This document shows positions 22,354 through 35,243 of a DNA stretch of 64,000 bases, in pieces; position 1 is the stretch's first letter; each line of letters starts with the position of its first letter. A program made the translations under genes and the position numbers. The stretch spans positions 19,660 through 83,659 of the forward strand of contig JBHGNT010000109.1 in the NCBI GenBank assembly GCA_043228905.1, written 5' to 3'. Below the pieces are notes generated by a model. That model did no database searches. It saw only the letters and a program-made list of their open reading frames with translations, and was not told the DNA's origin. Origin of the DNA: Azolla caroliniana (lineage: Eukaryota; Plantae; Polypodiophyta).

Positions 22354-25300
22354 TGATAACAGATGATATATTATCTGAAGAGTAAGTACAAAATAGCTAT
22401 GAGGTTTAAGACTGGCGTTGAACCGATTTGGTTCCAAATAATGCCTTGTGCCTCCTTTTATAGTGTTTTCAGGAGTACTCCTAAAGTTTCTAGAATGTTC
22501 TAGATTTCAACTGATTTGGTTCCAAATAATGCCTTGTGCCTCCTTTTATAGTGTTTTCAGGAGTACTCCTAAAGTTTCTAGAATGTTCTAGAGAAATCTA
22601 GAATATACATCCATTTTCTATAATGAAATAATAAATGAAAATAATATCTTTTGTATTACAATATATAGTCTAATGGCAAGAACTCGACCTATGTAACATA
22701 AGGTCATGGGTTCGATTCTTGCCATATCATGACACTATCCCTCCTTTAAAACGACAAGTGTCACGAGTCGTTTTGGATTGAGGACCCAGTTTGTCTGGAT
22801 ATTGACGATGGAAGTCTTCAAGAAGAGCACATGCATTGGTCACATTCTCTATTGGTTCCCAAGTGCGCTCATTAGGACTATATCCTAGCCAATCAACCAA
22901 ATAGTACAGCCTGTTGCGAACAATCTTGGAATTGAGGATGGCGGCAACCTCGTACTCCGGTCTATCTTGAAGTTTGATTGGGGGTGGAGGTTGTTTAATA
23001 CGACTTGGGATGGTGTTGTCCTGATAGGGTTCTAGGAGAAAACTATGAAACACTCGATGTATCCGTAGTTGCGGAGGTAGATCGAGACGAAAAGCGATAT
23101 CATTAATTTTTCCAATAATACAAAAAGGACCTAATCGTCGATAATCCAATTTATCGCATGGGCGAGTAGTCTTGATGTGTCATCTTAATAGCCATACCCG
23201 ATCTCCAATGTTAAAATTGGACAGAAGCCAATGACGATCCGCATAATCCTTGTGTATTTGTTGAGCTTGTTGTAGATGAGTAGATAAATCCGGCTATATC
23301 TTGCGTAGCCGCTCCAAACGATCCTTTGCACACCACCGGGGATGATAACCCTTATAAGCATAAAATGGTGTAACCTTAGTCGATGAGTGGACAGAGTTAT
23401 TATACGCAAATTCGGCCAAGTGGAGAATATTCGCCCAGTCATCTTGGTGATAGCTTAGAAAGCACCGAAGATACTATTCCAACGATTGATTTGTTCGTTC
23501 TCCTTGTTCGTTTGTGTGCGGGTGGTAGCCGAAGGAGAGGTTACAAGTGACATTGAGCATTTTGAAAAGGTGCTTCCAGAATTTCAAGACGAATTGGGGT
23601 CCACATCCGTCGATGATATTATTGGGGACACCATGATGTTGACATACCTCACACATGACGGTTTCGGTGGTTTCTCCACTAGTGATTTCCTTAGTACATG
23701 GTAGGAAATGGGCCATCTTCATATATCGATCTAGTATTGTTAAGATCGCATCAAATCCCGTAGAAACTAGAAGATCTATGATGAAATCTAGAGCAATGGA
23801 TTGCCACGGCTTGTTTGGAATTCGTAATAGTTCCAATAAACCATATGGATAATGTCTTGGCATCTTTGCTTTGCAACATGTATCACATGTTCGAGCATAA
23901 TATTTGATAAATCATCGCATATGAGGCCACCAAAATGATCATTGTACTAAATCTAACGTTTTAGTACTACTAAAATGCCCAGTTGTATATGTGTCATGAC
24001 AATTTTGAATTACTTGAAGGCGACAAGAACCATTAGGAACATACAAGAGACTCTTAAAGAATAGTAATCCATCATGTCATTCGAATTGTCGATAATCCGT
24101 ACCTGGTTGTTGCGACTGTGAACAACATGCCCGAGAGGGGTCAATTTTTGCTAGAATGGCTTGAGCGAAATCATCCGCCTTCAAGTCCTCACGTATGATA
24201 TCGATAATGTGGGAATCCAATGGCATATCGAAAATCCGCATTGCTTATAGTCGTGCCGGTCCCAAGATTACTTGCTTTTGGTTATCGAATGCTAGCTCAC
24301 CAGGATGCGATGCTAGATACGAGTGCCATGATAATGCATTTGCCTTCCTTTGCTGCTTTCCAGGACGATATGTAATTTTGAAGTCGAAACGAGTGAGGAA
24401 TTGGGCCCACCGAGCTTGACATCGATTTAAAACACGAGCATTCTAGAAGTAGGCAAGATTTTTGTAATCATTGAATATGGTGACTTGATGAGAAGATCCC
24501 TCTAGGAAACACATCTATTGCATAAAAGAGTCCACTATTGCTAGTAGCTCTTGATCGTGAATTTTGTTGTTGATTTCGGCGGCGTCAAACTTGCGTGAGT
24601 AGAAAGCCACAGGATGTAGCTTTTCATCATCGCCTTGTTGTGAAAGAATGCTACCCAAGGCGAAATCCGAAGCATCTGCCTTAATGATGAATGGTTTTGC
24701 CGGATCAACATGAGCTAGAATAGGATCTGATGTAAATGCCTTCTTAAGACTCTCAAAAGCCATGTCCGCTTCTTCAAACCAAACAAATGACTGCCCCTTC
24801 TTCGTAAGCTATGTGAGAGGCAAAAAGAACTTTGAATAATCCTATATAAACTTGCGGTAGAAATTCGCAAAGCCTAAAAAGCAGTGCACATCTCGCAAGG
24901 AACGTGGAGTATGCCACTCTACCACAGTTTTGAACTTATTTGGATCCATAGAGATGCCTTCCGAGGAGATGAGATAGCCCAAATATTCCACATGGTTGCA
25001 CTTCAAACTACATTTTTCCAGTTTTGCATAAAGACCATGTTCTCGAAGCCGTTTTAGTAATAACAGTACATGAGAATCATGCTCTTCTTGGGTCTTCGAA
25101 TAAACTAGTAGATCATCGAAATAGATGATCAAACAGACATCCAAGAGATCGAAATATATCATTTGTCATGTGTTGGAAGACTGTTGGCGCATTAGTGAGA
25201 CTGAATGGCATGAGTGTATACTCGAAGTGCCCATATCAGGTGCGAAATGCGGTCTTCCGTTATTCTCTAGGTCAGATCCGTACGAGGTTATATGCTTCTC

Positions 25301-28088
25301 ATAAGTCGATTTTTGTGAAGAACCTTGTACCATTGATCCACTCTAAAAGACTTGAAATAAGGGGAAGTGCATACCCATTCCTGATGGTGACCTTATTCAA
25401 GCCATAGTAGTGTACAACAAGACAAAGTGATCCATCCTTTTTCTTGACGAAGAAAATGGGTGCGCCGGCTAGAGATTTCGAATGTCGAATAAAACCGTTT
25501 GCCAAGTTTTCCTCTATATAAGCTCGAGGGACTTCAAGCTCGGTTGGTGACAAATTGTAGATCGGTCCCCATGGTGGCTCTTTTCTTGGTTGTAAATCAA
25601 TGGGGCAATCATACGGTCGGTAGTGAGGAAGCGTATTGGCTTGTACCTTATCGAACACATCGGCATAATGACGATACTTCTCTAGAAGTTGAATTGTGGA
25701 CTCCTCCTTAGTGGTGTTGGAAGGTTTTATTGATACTGCGAAGATAAACATTGCTTCCTTGCATCCTTCCTCACGCAATTGATGTAGCGAAATGGTTGCA
25801 ATCTTATGAGTAGATCCTCGGGTTTGTCGATAGCGAATTTCTCTTGTTCTCCAATCTATGTCTAGGTTATGTGATTCAAACCATGGTAATCCCAAAACAA
25901 TGGTATGTTTTGGGCTACTGATTATATTGAGTGATATTTCACACACTAAATTATCTAGGACAATATTAACTGGCTCTGACTCTTCTATGATATTTCCAGA
26001 AGCAATGGGATGACCATCAATGACTACTACAGAGGCTGGACAAGGGAGTTTTCTTAGGGATATCTGATGAGCTTGGGCAAAATTCCTATCCATGAAGCAA
26101 GAATTAGCCCTGAAATCTAGGAGTGCTAAGACATGTACTGGAGGGGTAATTTTAGTAGTAATTGTTACTAGACAGGTCTAAGAACACATTGCTAACTTCG
26201 TTAGAGGGAATGGAACCACTAAAGGGTTGCACAGATCTAGGGTTGTCCAACCAAACAACTCCTATTTTGGCTGGACTTAATCGTTTGGCTCTTCTTCTAA
26301 TTCACCCAGGACATCAAATTTGTTCGATAAATTTGGGCTATTAGATATTCCTACCGAAATAGATTCAGGTTTAGTAGAATTAGAACTAACAACTATTTGG
26401 TTTACCTGTCTTCTTGGCCTATGGGGGACAATTCACTGCAATATGCCCTGGTCCACCGCAATAAAGACATAGTCGATTTGCTCGTCGTCATTACTTTTCC
26501 TCTTTCGATAATGGTCTGTGATGACGTGTGGTGTCGATTTCCATCGGAGTTGGAGTATTTGTTGGAGACGCATTATATGACTCCTTTGGAAAAGGTTTTG
26601 CTAGCACTGAGGTGTAGGTGGGCTCTGATCTTGTCCTTGGCATCTGGAACTGACGTTCTGAACGTCGTTCGAAAAGGCTATTATCACATCGCACCACGCG
26701 AGTAATTGCTTCTGTCAATGACTTTGGATCTTCGGGGAAAGTTAAGAGTAAATCCTTACCATCGTTACGAAATTGCTCCATTAATGCCTGATCATCCTGG
26801 GGAATATCGGTGGTGAGAAGACAGAAATCCGCAACATAAACCGAGGTCGGCCACTCACCTTGGCGCAATCTCTGGATTTTGTTGATTGTCGTCCTAAGAC
26901 TGTCAGTATCTCCAAAACATGCTTTAAACTCGCTAATAAACTCTTCAAAATTATTTAACAAGGGAGAGCTTTCTTCTAACAGGGGGGCAAACCATGCCAA
27001 AGTTGTGCCACTAAGTAGAGTGCCTACTAGTCCCACTCGTGATGCATCGGTGGGATATCGAGAAGGATGCATTTGAATCACTAAACGTACCTGATTAAGA
27101 AAACCTCTAAACTGTGATCGGGTCCCATCAAATTTTGTAGGAAGACCGATTTTGGGTTCTTTGTGAATCCATTGAGTGTTTGATCCTGGTTGTTGTAATG
27201 ATACAATAGTCGCTTCAACATCAGCTCCCCATGTTGTTATTTTTCTAGCGTTATTTGTTGAAGATCCCCCAACAAACGGTGATTTTCTTATTCTAGTGCT
27301 ACAAATTTCTCTTTTGAGAACTGGAGCTCCAACAAAATAGATTGGTATTCCTAAGCGCTAACAGTTGCCATTTTACTAGGTAGGATAAGAGGATTAGTAT
27401 GAAGGGAAGGAGGGATAAGAGGATGAGGGGGGAAGGAAATTTTGGTTGAAACTGTCAAGAATAATACTAAAACTGAGAGAGAATTAGTACTAGAGAAGGG
27501 AACTATGATGATTAGTACTAAGAAGAAGGGACTGTGTAAGACTCACGAGAGAGGAAGAGAGAAAAGGAGACATCTATATATATATAGAGAGAGAGAGAGA
27601 GAATGATGATAACAGATGATATATTATATGAAGAGTAAATACAAAATAGTTATGAGGCTTAAGACTGGCGTTGAACTGATTTGGTTCGCAATAATGCTCT
27701 GTGCCTCCTTTTATAGTGTTTTCAAGAGTACTGCTAAAGTTTCTAGAATGTTCCAGAGAAATCTGGAATATACATCAATTTTGTATAGTGAAATAATAAA
27801 TGAAAATAATATCCTTCATATTACAATATATAGTCTAATGGCAAGAGTTTGACCTATGTAACATAAGGTCATGGATTCGACTCTTGTCATATCATGACAA
27901 TAAGCAATCCATCCGAACACTTCTAAGTGTCCTAAACTAGGTTTCCTACCATAGAAACATTCTTCAGGAGTTACTACATGTACTCCTGATCATGTAGTAA
28001 CTCTTGATCATAGTACGTAAAATTCGTGTTTGTCTAGCATAACATTCATTTTCCTATGTTGGAAAACGAATGCGAATGTTATTCAAAC
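21464..28088 (-). mobile_element. Heavily deleted Copia relic, interrupted by Gypsy 22177-27899
   Basis: TPEECFYGRKPSLGHLEVFGWIAY (27900-27975) continues as VHVPAEVRSKLDPKAEK…VSRDVIFDE (left of 22176), then LEGYVDVDWAG; probable LTR remnant 21464-~21715. Confidence 0.75.
22177..27899 (-). mobile_element. Full-length degenerate Tcn1/sushi-like chromovirus (family D, copy 1)
   Basis: LTRs 22177-22734 and 27453-27899; TSD ATAAG (22172-22176, 27900-27904); gag, PR, RT, RH, IN and chromodomain EYEVAAIL…YLVDWLGY…TWEP. Confidence 0.95.
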
Positions 28089-28544
28089 TATTAGAGATCT
28101 AGGTACTAAAGTAAGCTTAAGATAAGAATAAACAAATGATAGATAGAAAGGAGAAAGAGAAAGAAGGGTGCCGATCCACCCGACCACCCCCGAGCGAAGG
28201 GATCGAGACGGACTCGAGCCTCGATCGGTGTCCCATACCACCACCGTGGCGTCGAGTCATACCTGGTGTTGGTGTGCTCGCTACAAGAGTTCACCCACCA
28301 CAAGAGCAGAGTCTCGATGTAGTAAAAAGGATGATCAAATGAGGGTAGCTAGGCCTCTTATTTATAGTGATACCCAAGGCCCCCAAGCAAGTTCACACTT
28401 GACCTAATGGGTTGTCTCAATCCCGAGGATTAAAAGTAATCCTCCCCTTCTTTACACTCTCATTTAACCCTCACACTTATCCACGTGGATAGAATACTAC
28501 GGTAAATTCTCACCACGGGATATTAAATGGTCATGCCCGTAACA
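28089..28544 (-). repeat. Family A LTR without matching TSD (probable inter-element recombinant)
   Basis: Complete LTR; flanks CAAAC versus GTAAC differ; Copia integrase on the left, methyltransferase exon on the right. Confidence 0.8.
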
Positions 28545-29077
28545 GTAACGAAGAAATTGTGCCACGTGTCTGGCGATAAGAGTTTAGTAAACCCTTATCA
28601 AAAGCCCCAGCGATTGATTAATCGATTGGTCGAGTTGTTGTCGAACCCTGATGATTGCGTTCTCGACTTATTTTCTGGAACAAGTAATCTCATAAGTTTC
28701 ATCAATTTTTTTAAAAATGAAATATTATTTCTTGTCTTGTTTTCTTACTTTTGTATGTGTGATTGTTTATTTAGGAACGACAATTGCATGTGCTCTTAAA
28801 TTGTTCAAGAACTACATTGCATTAGAAAAGGACCCCGACCAAGTCAATTTTATTAAGATGAGAATCTAAGGCATCTGGGATTGTCCCAACCAGGACCAAG
28901 AGTGTTATGGACATGACCATATAATATCCCGTAGTGAGAATTTACCATACTATTCTATACACGTGGATAAGTGTGAAGGTTAAATGAGAGTGTAAAGAAG
29001 GAGAGGATTACTTTTAATCCTCGGGATTGAGACAACCCGTTAGGCCAAGTGTGAACTTCCCTAGGGGACATGCATAT

Positions 29078-32000
29078 TGTCGCAATTCCGTGCTCGGCCA
29101 CAACCGAGGAACAGGATCGATTCACAGAAAACGGGAAATACAGCAATGCACGAAAAACAATAGAGAGAAGGGTACACTGGATGTTTTACGTGGAAAACCC
29201 TAAATGGGAAAAACCACGGGAGTGCAAGACTCCAACTATCACTATACGCGGGAATGTACAATGGCGAGCTGCAAGGCGACGACCTTGAGCTCGCTGTCCT
29301 CGCCACAGGCGGCGGTATTACACAGAGGCGTCGACCTCTTCCTTCCTCTTTCTCTCTCACTCTATCTCGGCTGCTCTCACTTCGCTCCCTCTTAGTGAAA
29401 TGAGCAACAACAAAAACTGTTTGCCCTAAGTCATATTTATACACATATGACTTTCGGGCTATTTACAAATATAGCCTCAAGGGCCCTTGGCAAACATATT
29501 CACAGATATGTCCCCGCATCCGGATCTCTCTCCGGGTACATACGTCATCCGGCTCCGTAACCGGGGTCTTCAGCATCCGGCTCTGTAACCGGGTACTCTT
29601 CATCCGGCTTCATGCCGGGTACTCTTCATCATACGGTTCCGTCACAGCCTCCGGGCTTGCCGTCATTCATCTCCGGACATCCCATCCGGAGGGACCGAAA
29701 TCCCAACAAACTCCCCCTTCACTTCGGCATGGGATGTCTCTCCAACCCGATCCTCTTCCGGCATGCTTCCAGCTTGTCGGGTGTGAGCACCTTGGTCAGC
29801 ATATCCGACCCGTTCTCGTCCGTGTGGATCTTCGTCAGCACGAACTCCTTGTCTTCTATTCTTTCCCGGATCCAGTGGTATCTACGCTGGATGTGTTTCG
29901 TCCGGGAATGGTAGGCCGCGTTCTTCGCAAGGTGGATGGCACTCAGACTATCGCAGTAGAGTCGGTACTCCTCCTGCCGGATACCGAGCTCTCTAATGAA
30001 GTCCTTCATCCATATTATTTCCTTGCCGGCTTCAACAGCCGCCATGTACTCCGCCTCCGTGGTTGACAGCGCAACCGTCTTCTGCAGCCTCGACTGCCAC
30101 GAAACAGCTCCACCTGCATACGTCATCACATACCCTGATGTGGACCGGCTGGTATCTGCATCAGCCGACATATCCGAATCGGTAAAGCCGTCGAATTCGG
30201 GCTTACCGGAGCCGAATCGGAGGCACACGTTTGCCGTGCCCTTCAGGTATCGGAGTATCCACTTGACCGCGTTCCAGTGCTCTTTGCCGGGATTGCTCAT
30301 GTACCGGCTCACCACTCCAACTGCATATCCTATGTCCGGTCTTGTACACACCATTGCGTACATCAAGCTTCCGACGGCAGAGGCATATGGTACTTTCATC
30401 ATGTCCTCCTTCTCAGCCTTTGTCTTGGGGCTTTGCTTGCTGGACAACTTGCAGTTTGCCGGGAGGGTTGACCCGACCGGTCTTGCTTCCGACATGTTGA
30501 ACCGGTGAAGCACCTTTGTCAGGTACTTCTCCTGTGACAGCCACAACTGCTTCTTCTTCCGGTCCCGGATGATGTGCATCCCTAGTATTTGCCTCGCCGG
30601 ACCCAAGTCCTTCATTGAGAAGGTTCGGTGAAGCGCTTTCTTCAGCGCCCGTATCTTGACCTGGTCCCGTCCGACGATCAACATGTCGTCCACGTACAGG
30701 AGGAGTATTAGAGAGTCTCCTTCTTCGAACTTCTTCACAAACACGCAGTGATCAGACTGCGTTTTGTGGTACCCTTCGTCGGTCATGAAGGAGTCGAACT
30801 TCCGGTACCATTGCCGGGGAGCCTGCTTCAGTCCGTAAAGGCTCTTCTTCAACCGGCATACCAGGTGCTCCTTCCCTTTCTTCTCGAATCCTTCCGGTTG
30901 CTGCATGTAGATCTCTTCTTCGAGGTCACCGTGAAGGAATGTCGTCTTCACGTCCATCTGTTCTACCTCGAGGTCCATGCTTGCCGCTATGCTCAGCACC
31001 ATCCGGATGGAGGTCATCTTCACTACCGGGGCAAATATCTCGTCGAAGTCGACGCCCTTCTTCTGCTGAAACCCCTTCACCACGATCCTAGCTTTGTATC
31101 TCGGGGGGTTTCCGGCATCTCCCGGTTTCAGCTTGAACACCCACTTGTTTCGAAGTGCCCGCTTTCCTTTCGGCAACTCCACAAGTTCATATGTGTGGTT
31201 CTCATGCAGGGAATCCATCTCGTCCTGCATGGCACTCAACCACCTGCGGCTCTGGGTGTCATGCTTTGCTTCTTCAAAGCTCTCCGGCTCCCCTTCGTCG
31301 GTTAGCAGCACGTGCTCTGGTTCCGGAAATCTCCGGGGGGCCCTTCTCTCTCTTAGAGGGTATCTCCGTTCCGGAGCTTCGGTAACCGGTTCTTCCGATT
31401 CTTCTTCATCCGAATCCATTTCGGGATCGGGGCCGGTTCCGGTATCATTTTCATCTTCTTCGGCCGGTTCTGCTTCTTCACCGTCTTCGGCCGGATCCTC
31501 GAGTGCTAACCGGTCTCTTGCCGGTCGGGACTGCTCCTCGTAGAGTTGATCCTCACCGGTCGACTTGGAGCTCTTCATCTTCTTCTCCGACTCCCAGTCG
31601 GCAAGTGTCTTGTTCTCCATGAAGATGATATCACGACTCCGGAATATCTTCTTGTCGACCGGGTCCCATACTCGGTAGCCGAACTCGTCATCGCCGTAAC
31701 CGAGGAATATGCATGGCCGGGTCTTTGGATCTAGCTTTCCTCTCCGGTCCTTAGCCACATGCACATATGCGAGGCACCCGAACACCTTCAGATGCCGGTA
31801 GGATACTTCCCTACCGGTCCACACTCTCTGCGGCGTGTCTCCGTCCAAAGGTACTGAGGGTGATCTATTTATCACGTATGTCGCCGTCGACATCGCCTCA
31901 GCCCAAAACCCCTTGGGTAATTTCGCATGCGCTAGCATACTCCGGACCCTCTCCATTATGGTCCGGTTCATCCTCTCGGCCAGCCCGTTCAGTTCCGGCG

Positions 32001-34454
32001 TCTTCGGCACAGTAAACTCGAGCCGGATTCCCTTCGAGCGACAGTACTCCGCGAACTGCCCCCGGTATTCTCCTCCGTTATCCGCTCGTATCGCTTTCAG
32101 CTTCTTGCCGGATTCTCTTTCCACTCTCGCGTGGAGTTCTTTGAAGACGGACAACACTTGGTCCTTTGTCTTCAACGGTGCCGTCCACAGCTTCCGGCTG
32201 TGATCATCAATGAAAGTCACGAAGTACTGGGCTCCGCCATGTGACTTCGTTTCTACCTGACACACATCAGTGTGCACCAACTCCAATGGTGCGCTACGTC
32301 TCGTCGGTGGCCTTGAGTGGAAGGAGGTTCGGTTCTGCTTACCGGCCAGGCAATCAGTGCACTTCTCCAGGTGCACATGCTTCACTGGAATAAGATTGTC
32401 TTCTGCAAGCCTCTTCATCCCCTTCTCACTCATGTGGCACAGTCTTTTGTGCCACAGCTCACCGGCAGTGTCGGCTGCCACATTCAGCTCTTCCGGACAC
32501 AACCAGGCATTCATAAGGTACAGTGTGTTGACTTTCCGGGCCCGAGCCACTATCAGGCTTCCCTTGCTGAACTTCATTACGCCGTTCCGGATGCTACCTG
32601 TGTAGCCTTCATCGTCTAGCCTCCCGGCCGAAATCAGGTTCAATCGAACCTCCGGAACGTGTCAGACATCCTTCAGCAGCATTTTGCATCCGGTCGGGGT
32701 TGTCAACCATACGTCTCCTATGCCGGCAATCCGGCACGTACCTTCATTTCCCATCCGAACACAGCCATGGTCACCGGCTGTGTAGGATGAGAAGTATCTA
32801 CTTTCCGGGGTCAGGTGGAACGACGCTCCGGAATCGACCACCCAGGTAGTCTCATCGCCGGCAATGTTTAGTTCACCTTCTTCGGTGATGAGCATGATCT
32901 CCTCTTCACTTGCCGCGAGTGCCGTCGTTCCTTTCCGGTCCTGCCCTCGCCGATCCGGACCTCTCCGGTCCGTGGCTCCCCGGTATGCACCGTTTCTCTC
33001 CGGTGACTTCTTCGAATCGGTGTCGTCGGCTCCGTTGTCTTTTCGGTAATGCCGACAATTCTTCCGGAAGTGCCCCGGCTTCCCACAATGGAAGCATGTG
33101 GGTCTTCCTCTTGACTGCGACCGGGTCCCCGACTTCTCCCGTCTTTGCGGACTCCGGTTCCATTGTCTTCCCCGTTCCGATTCGGTAAGCAGCGCCTTCG
33201 AGTCGGAGGCCGGTTCTTTATCTCTCCGACGCGCTTCTTCGTTCAAAATACTTGTCTTTACCGTTTGTAGGGACAAGTTATCTTCGGTGCAGGAGGTGCT
33301 GAGAGTCACCACCAAGTTCTCCCAGCTGTCCGGCAATGTACACATCAGGATGATGGCTTGCATTGCATCCTCCAACGGGAACTTGATCGCCGCAAGCTGG
33401 TTCACGAATCCCATGAACGTGCTTACGTGTTCCACCATACTCTCGCCGTCCCGGTACTTGAGGTTCACTATCTTTCTCATCAGGGAGGTCCGGTTCAACG
33501 CATTCTTCCTCTCGTAGAGGCCCGACAGCTTCCTCCACATCTCATATGCGTTGGTGTCGTTCGCCACGTGTTGTAGAACGCTCACGTCGACGTATTGCCG
33601 AATGGTTGCAACGGCTTTCCGGTTCAGAAGCCTCCACTCCGTCTCAAGTACCCCCTTGGGTATTTCCGACCTGTCGATCGGTTCATACAGGTCCCGAACA
33701 ATGAGCAGATCCTCCATCTTTATCTTCCAGTCGGCGTAGTTCTGCGCATTCAGCACCATCATCCCCTGCTGCCCGCTGCTGCCGCCTTCCATTTTCTGTG
33801 TTACCGTCGCTCTGATACCACTTTGTCGAAATTCCGTGCTCGGCCACAACCGAGGAACAGGATCGATTCACAGAAAACGGGAAATACATCAATGCACGAA
33901 AAACAATAGAGAGAAGGGTACACTGGATGTTTTACGTGGAAAACCCTAAATGGGAAAAACCACGGGAGTGCAAGACTCCAACTATCACTATACGCGGGAA
34001 TGTACAATGGCGAGCTGCAAGGCGACGACCTTGAGCTCGCTGTCCTCGCCACAGGCGGCGGTATTACACAGAGGCGACGACCTCTTCCTTCCTCTTTCTC
34101 TCTCACTCTATCTCGGCTGCTCTCACTTCGCTCCCTCTTAGTGAAATGAGCAACAACAAAAACTGTTTGCCCTAAGTCATATTTATACACATATGACTTT
34201 CGGGCTATTTACAAATATAGCCTCAAGGGCCCTTGGCAAACATATTCACAGATATGTCCCCGCATCCGGATCTCTCTCCGGGTACATACGTCATCCGGCT
34301 CCGTAACCGGGGTCTTCAGCATCCGGCTCCGTAACCGGGTACTCTTCATCCGGCTTCATGCCGGGTACTCTTCATCATACGGTTCCGTCACAGCCTCCGG
34401 GCTTGCCGTCATTCATCTCCGGACATCCCATCCGGAGGGACCGAAATCCCAACA
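29078..34454 (-). mobile_element. Very young full-length Tnt1/Tork-like Ty1/Copia
   Basis: 631-bp LTRs 29078-29708 and 33824-34454 with ~4 mismatches by eye; TSD CATAT; PBS 33809-33820; PPT 29709-29721. Confidence 0.97.
29719..33792 (-). CDS. Copia gag-pol polyprotein (1358 codons) with one in-frame TGA at 32662-32664
   Basis: ORFs 32662-33849 and 29719-32643 share a frame; LLKDV*HVPEV here versus LLKDVRHVPEV in the related copy; all domains present. Confidence 0.93.
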
Positions 34455-34988
34455 CATATCGCTATAAATATGAGGCCTAGCTACCCTCATTTCAGGATAT
34501 CTTGACTATGTCGAGACTCTGTTTCGTGGTGGGTCAACTCTTGTAGCGAGCACGCCAACACCAGGTACGACTCGACGCCACGACGGTGGTATGGAACGTC
34601 GATCGAGGCTCGAGTCCGTCTTGATCCCTTCGCTCGGGAGTGGTCGGGTGGATCAGCATCCTTCTTTCTCTCTCTCCTTTCTATCTATCTATCTTTTATC
34701 ATTATCATATGCTTACTTTAGATCATAACTCTAATAGTTGGTATCAGAGCTTATGTTTCTAATGTTTCCTTTGTTTGTTTTTGTCTTCTTGATGGATGGT
34801 GATCGATCGACATGCGGTCGACCTTGATCCAGATAGTAATCAACAAAGGAACTTCGGTAACTCTTTCTTGTTTTTGTTTTTTTGTTTTTTTTCTTGTCCC
34901 ATCTAATCATGTATATGGTCAATATGTAATTTCTTTCATTGATTCAATGATATTGTAGTGGTAATTAATTGGTTGTATAAAACGTTTA

Positions 34989-35243
34989 CATATGTGTATG
35001 AGGTCAATACTTCATTTGACATATATTTAATATGTGATTAGTGTCATATGCGTAGGAGGTTAATACCTCAATAGCGTATTACGTTCACATACATATGTTA
35101 CATATGCGTATGAGGTCAATACCTTGATTTTTTGTAAATGATATGTGTTTGGTGTCATATGCATAAGAGGTCAATACCTCAATTGTGTATTACGATTAAC
35201 CCTTATTATTGGATGTTTCATGTGCGTAGAGGCTATATGCCTC
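34989..35243 (+). repeat. Array of five ~25-bp repeats with a palindromic core, period ~56 bp
   Basis: CATATGYRTANGAGGTYAATACYT at 34989, 35045, 35101, 35156 and a degenerate copy at 35219. Confidence 0.8.

Noticed and set aside
28545-28902. Bacterial contamination as the source of the methyltransferase
   Set aside because: It has a spliceosomal-type intron and is interrupted by plant LTR elements with matching TSDs.
29612-33909. Many plus-strand ORFs of 60-185 aa over the Copia elements
   Set aside because: Antisense shadows of GC-rich gag-pol with no motifs.
34989-35243. CRISPR array (palindromic repeat-spacer look)
   Set aside because: Eukaryotic retrotransposon context, no cas genes, degenerate repeats, and alternate spacers resemble each other (~112-bp dimer).
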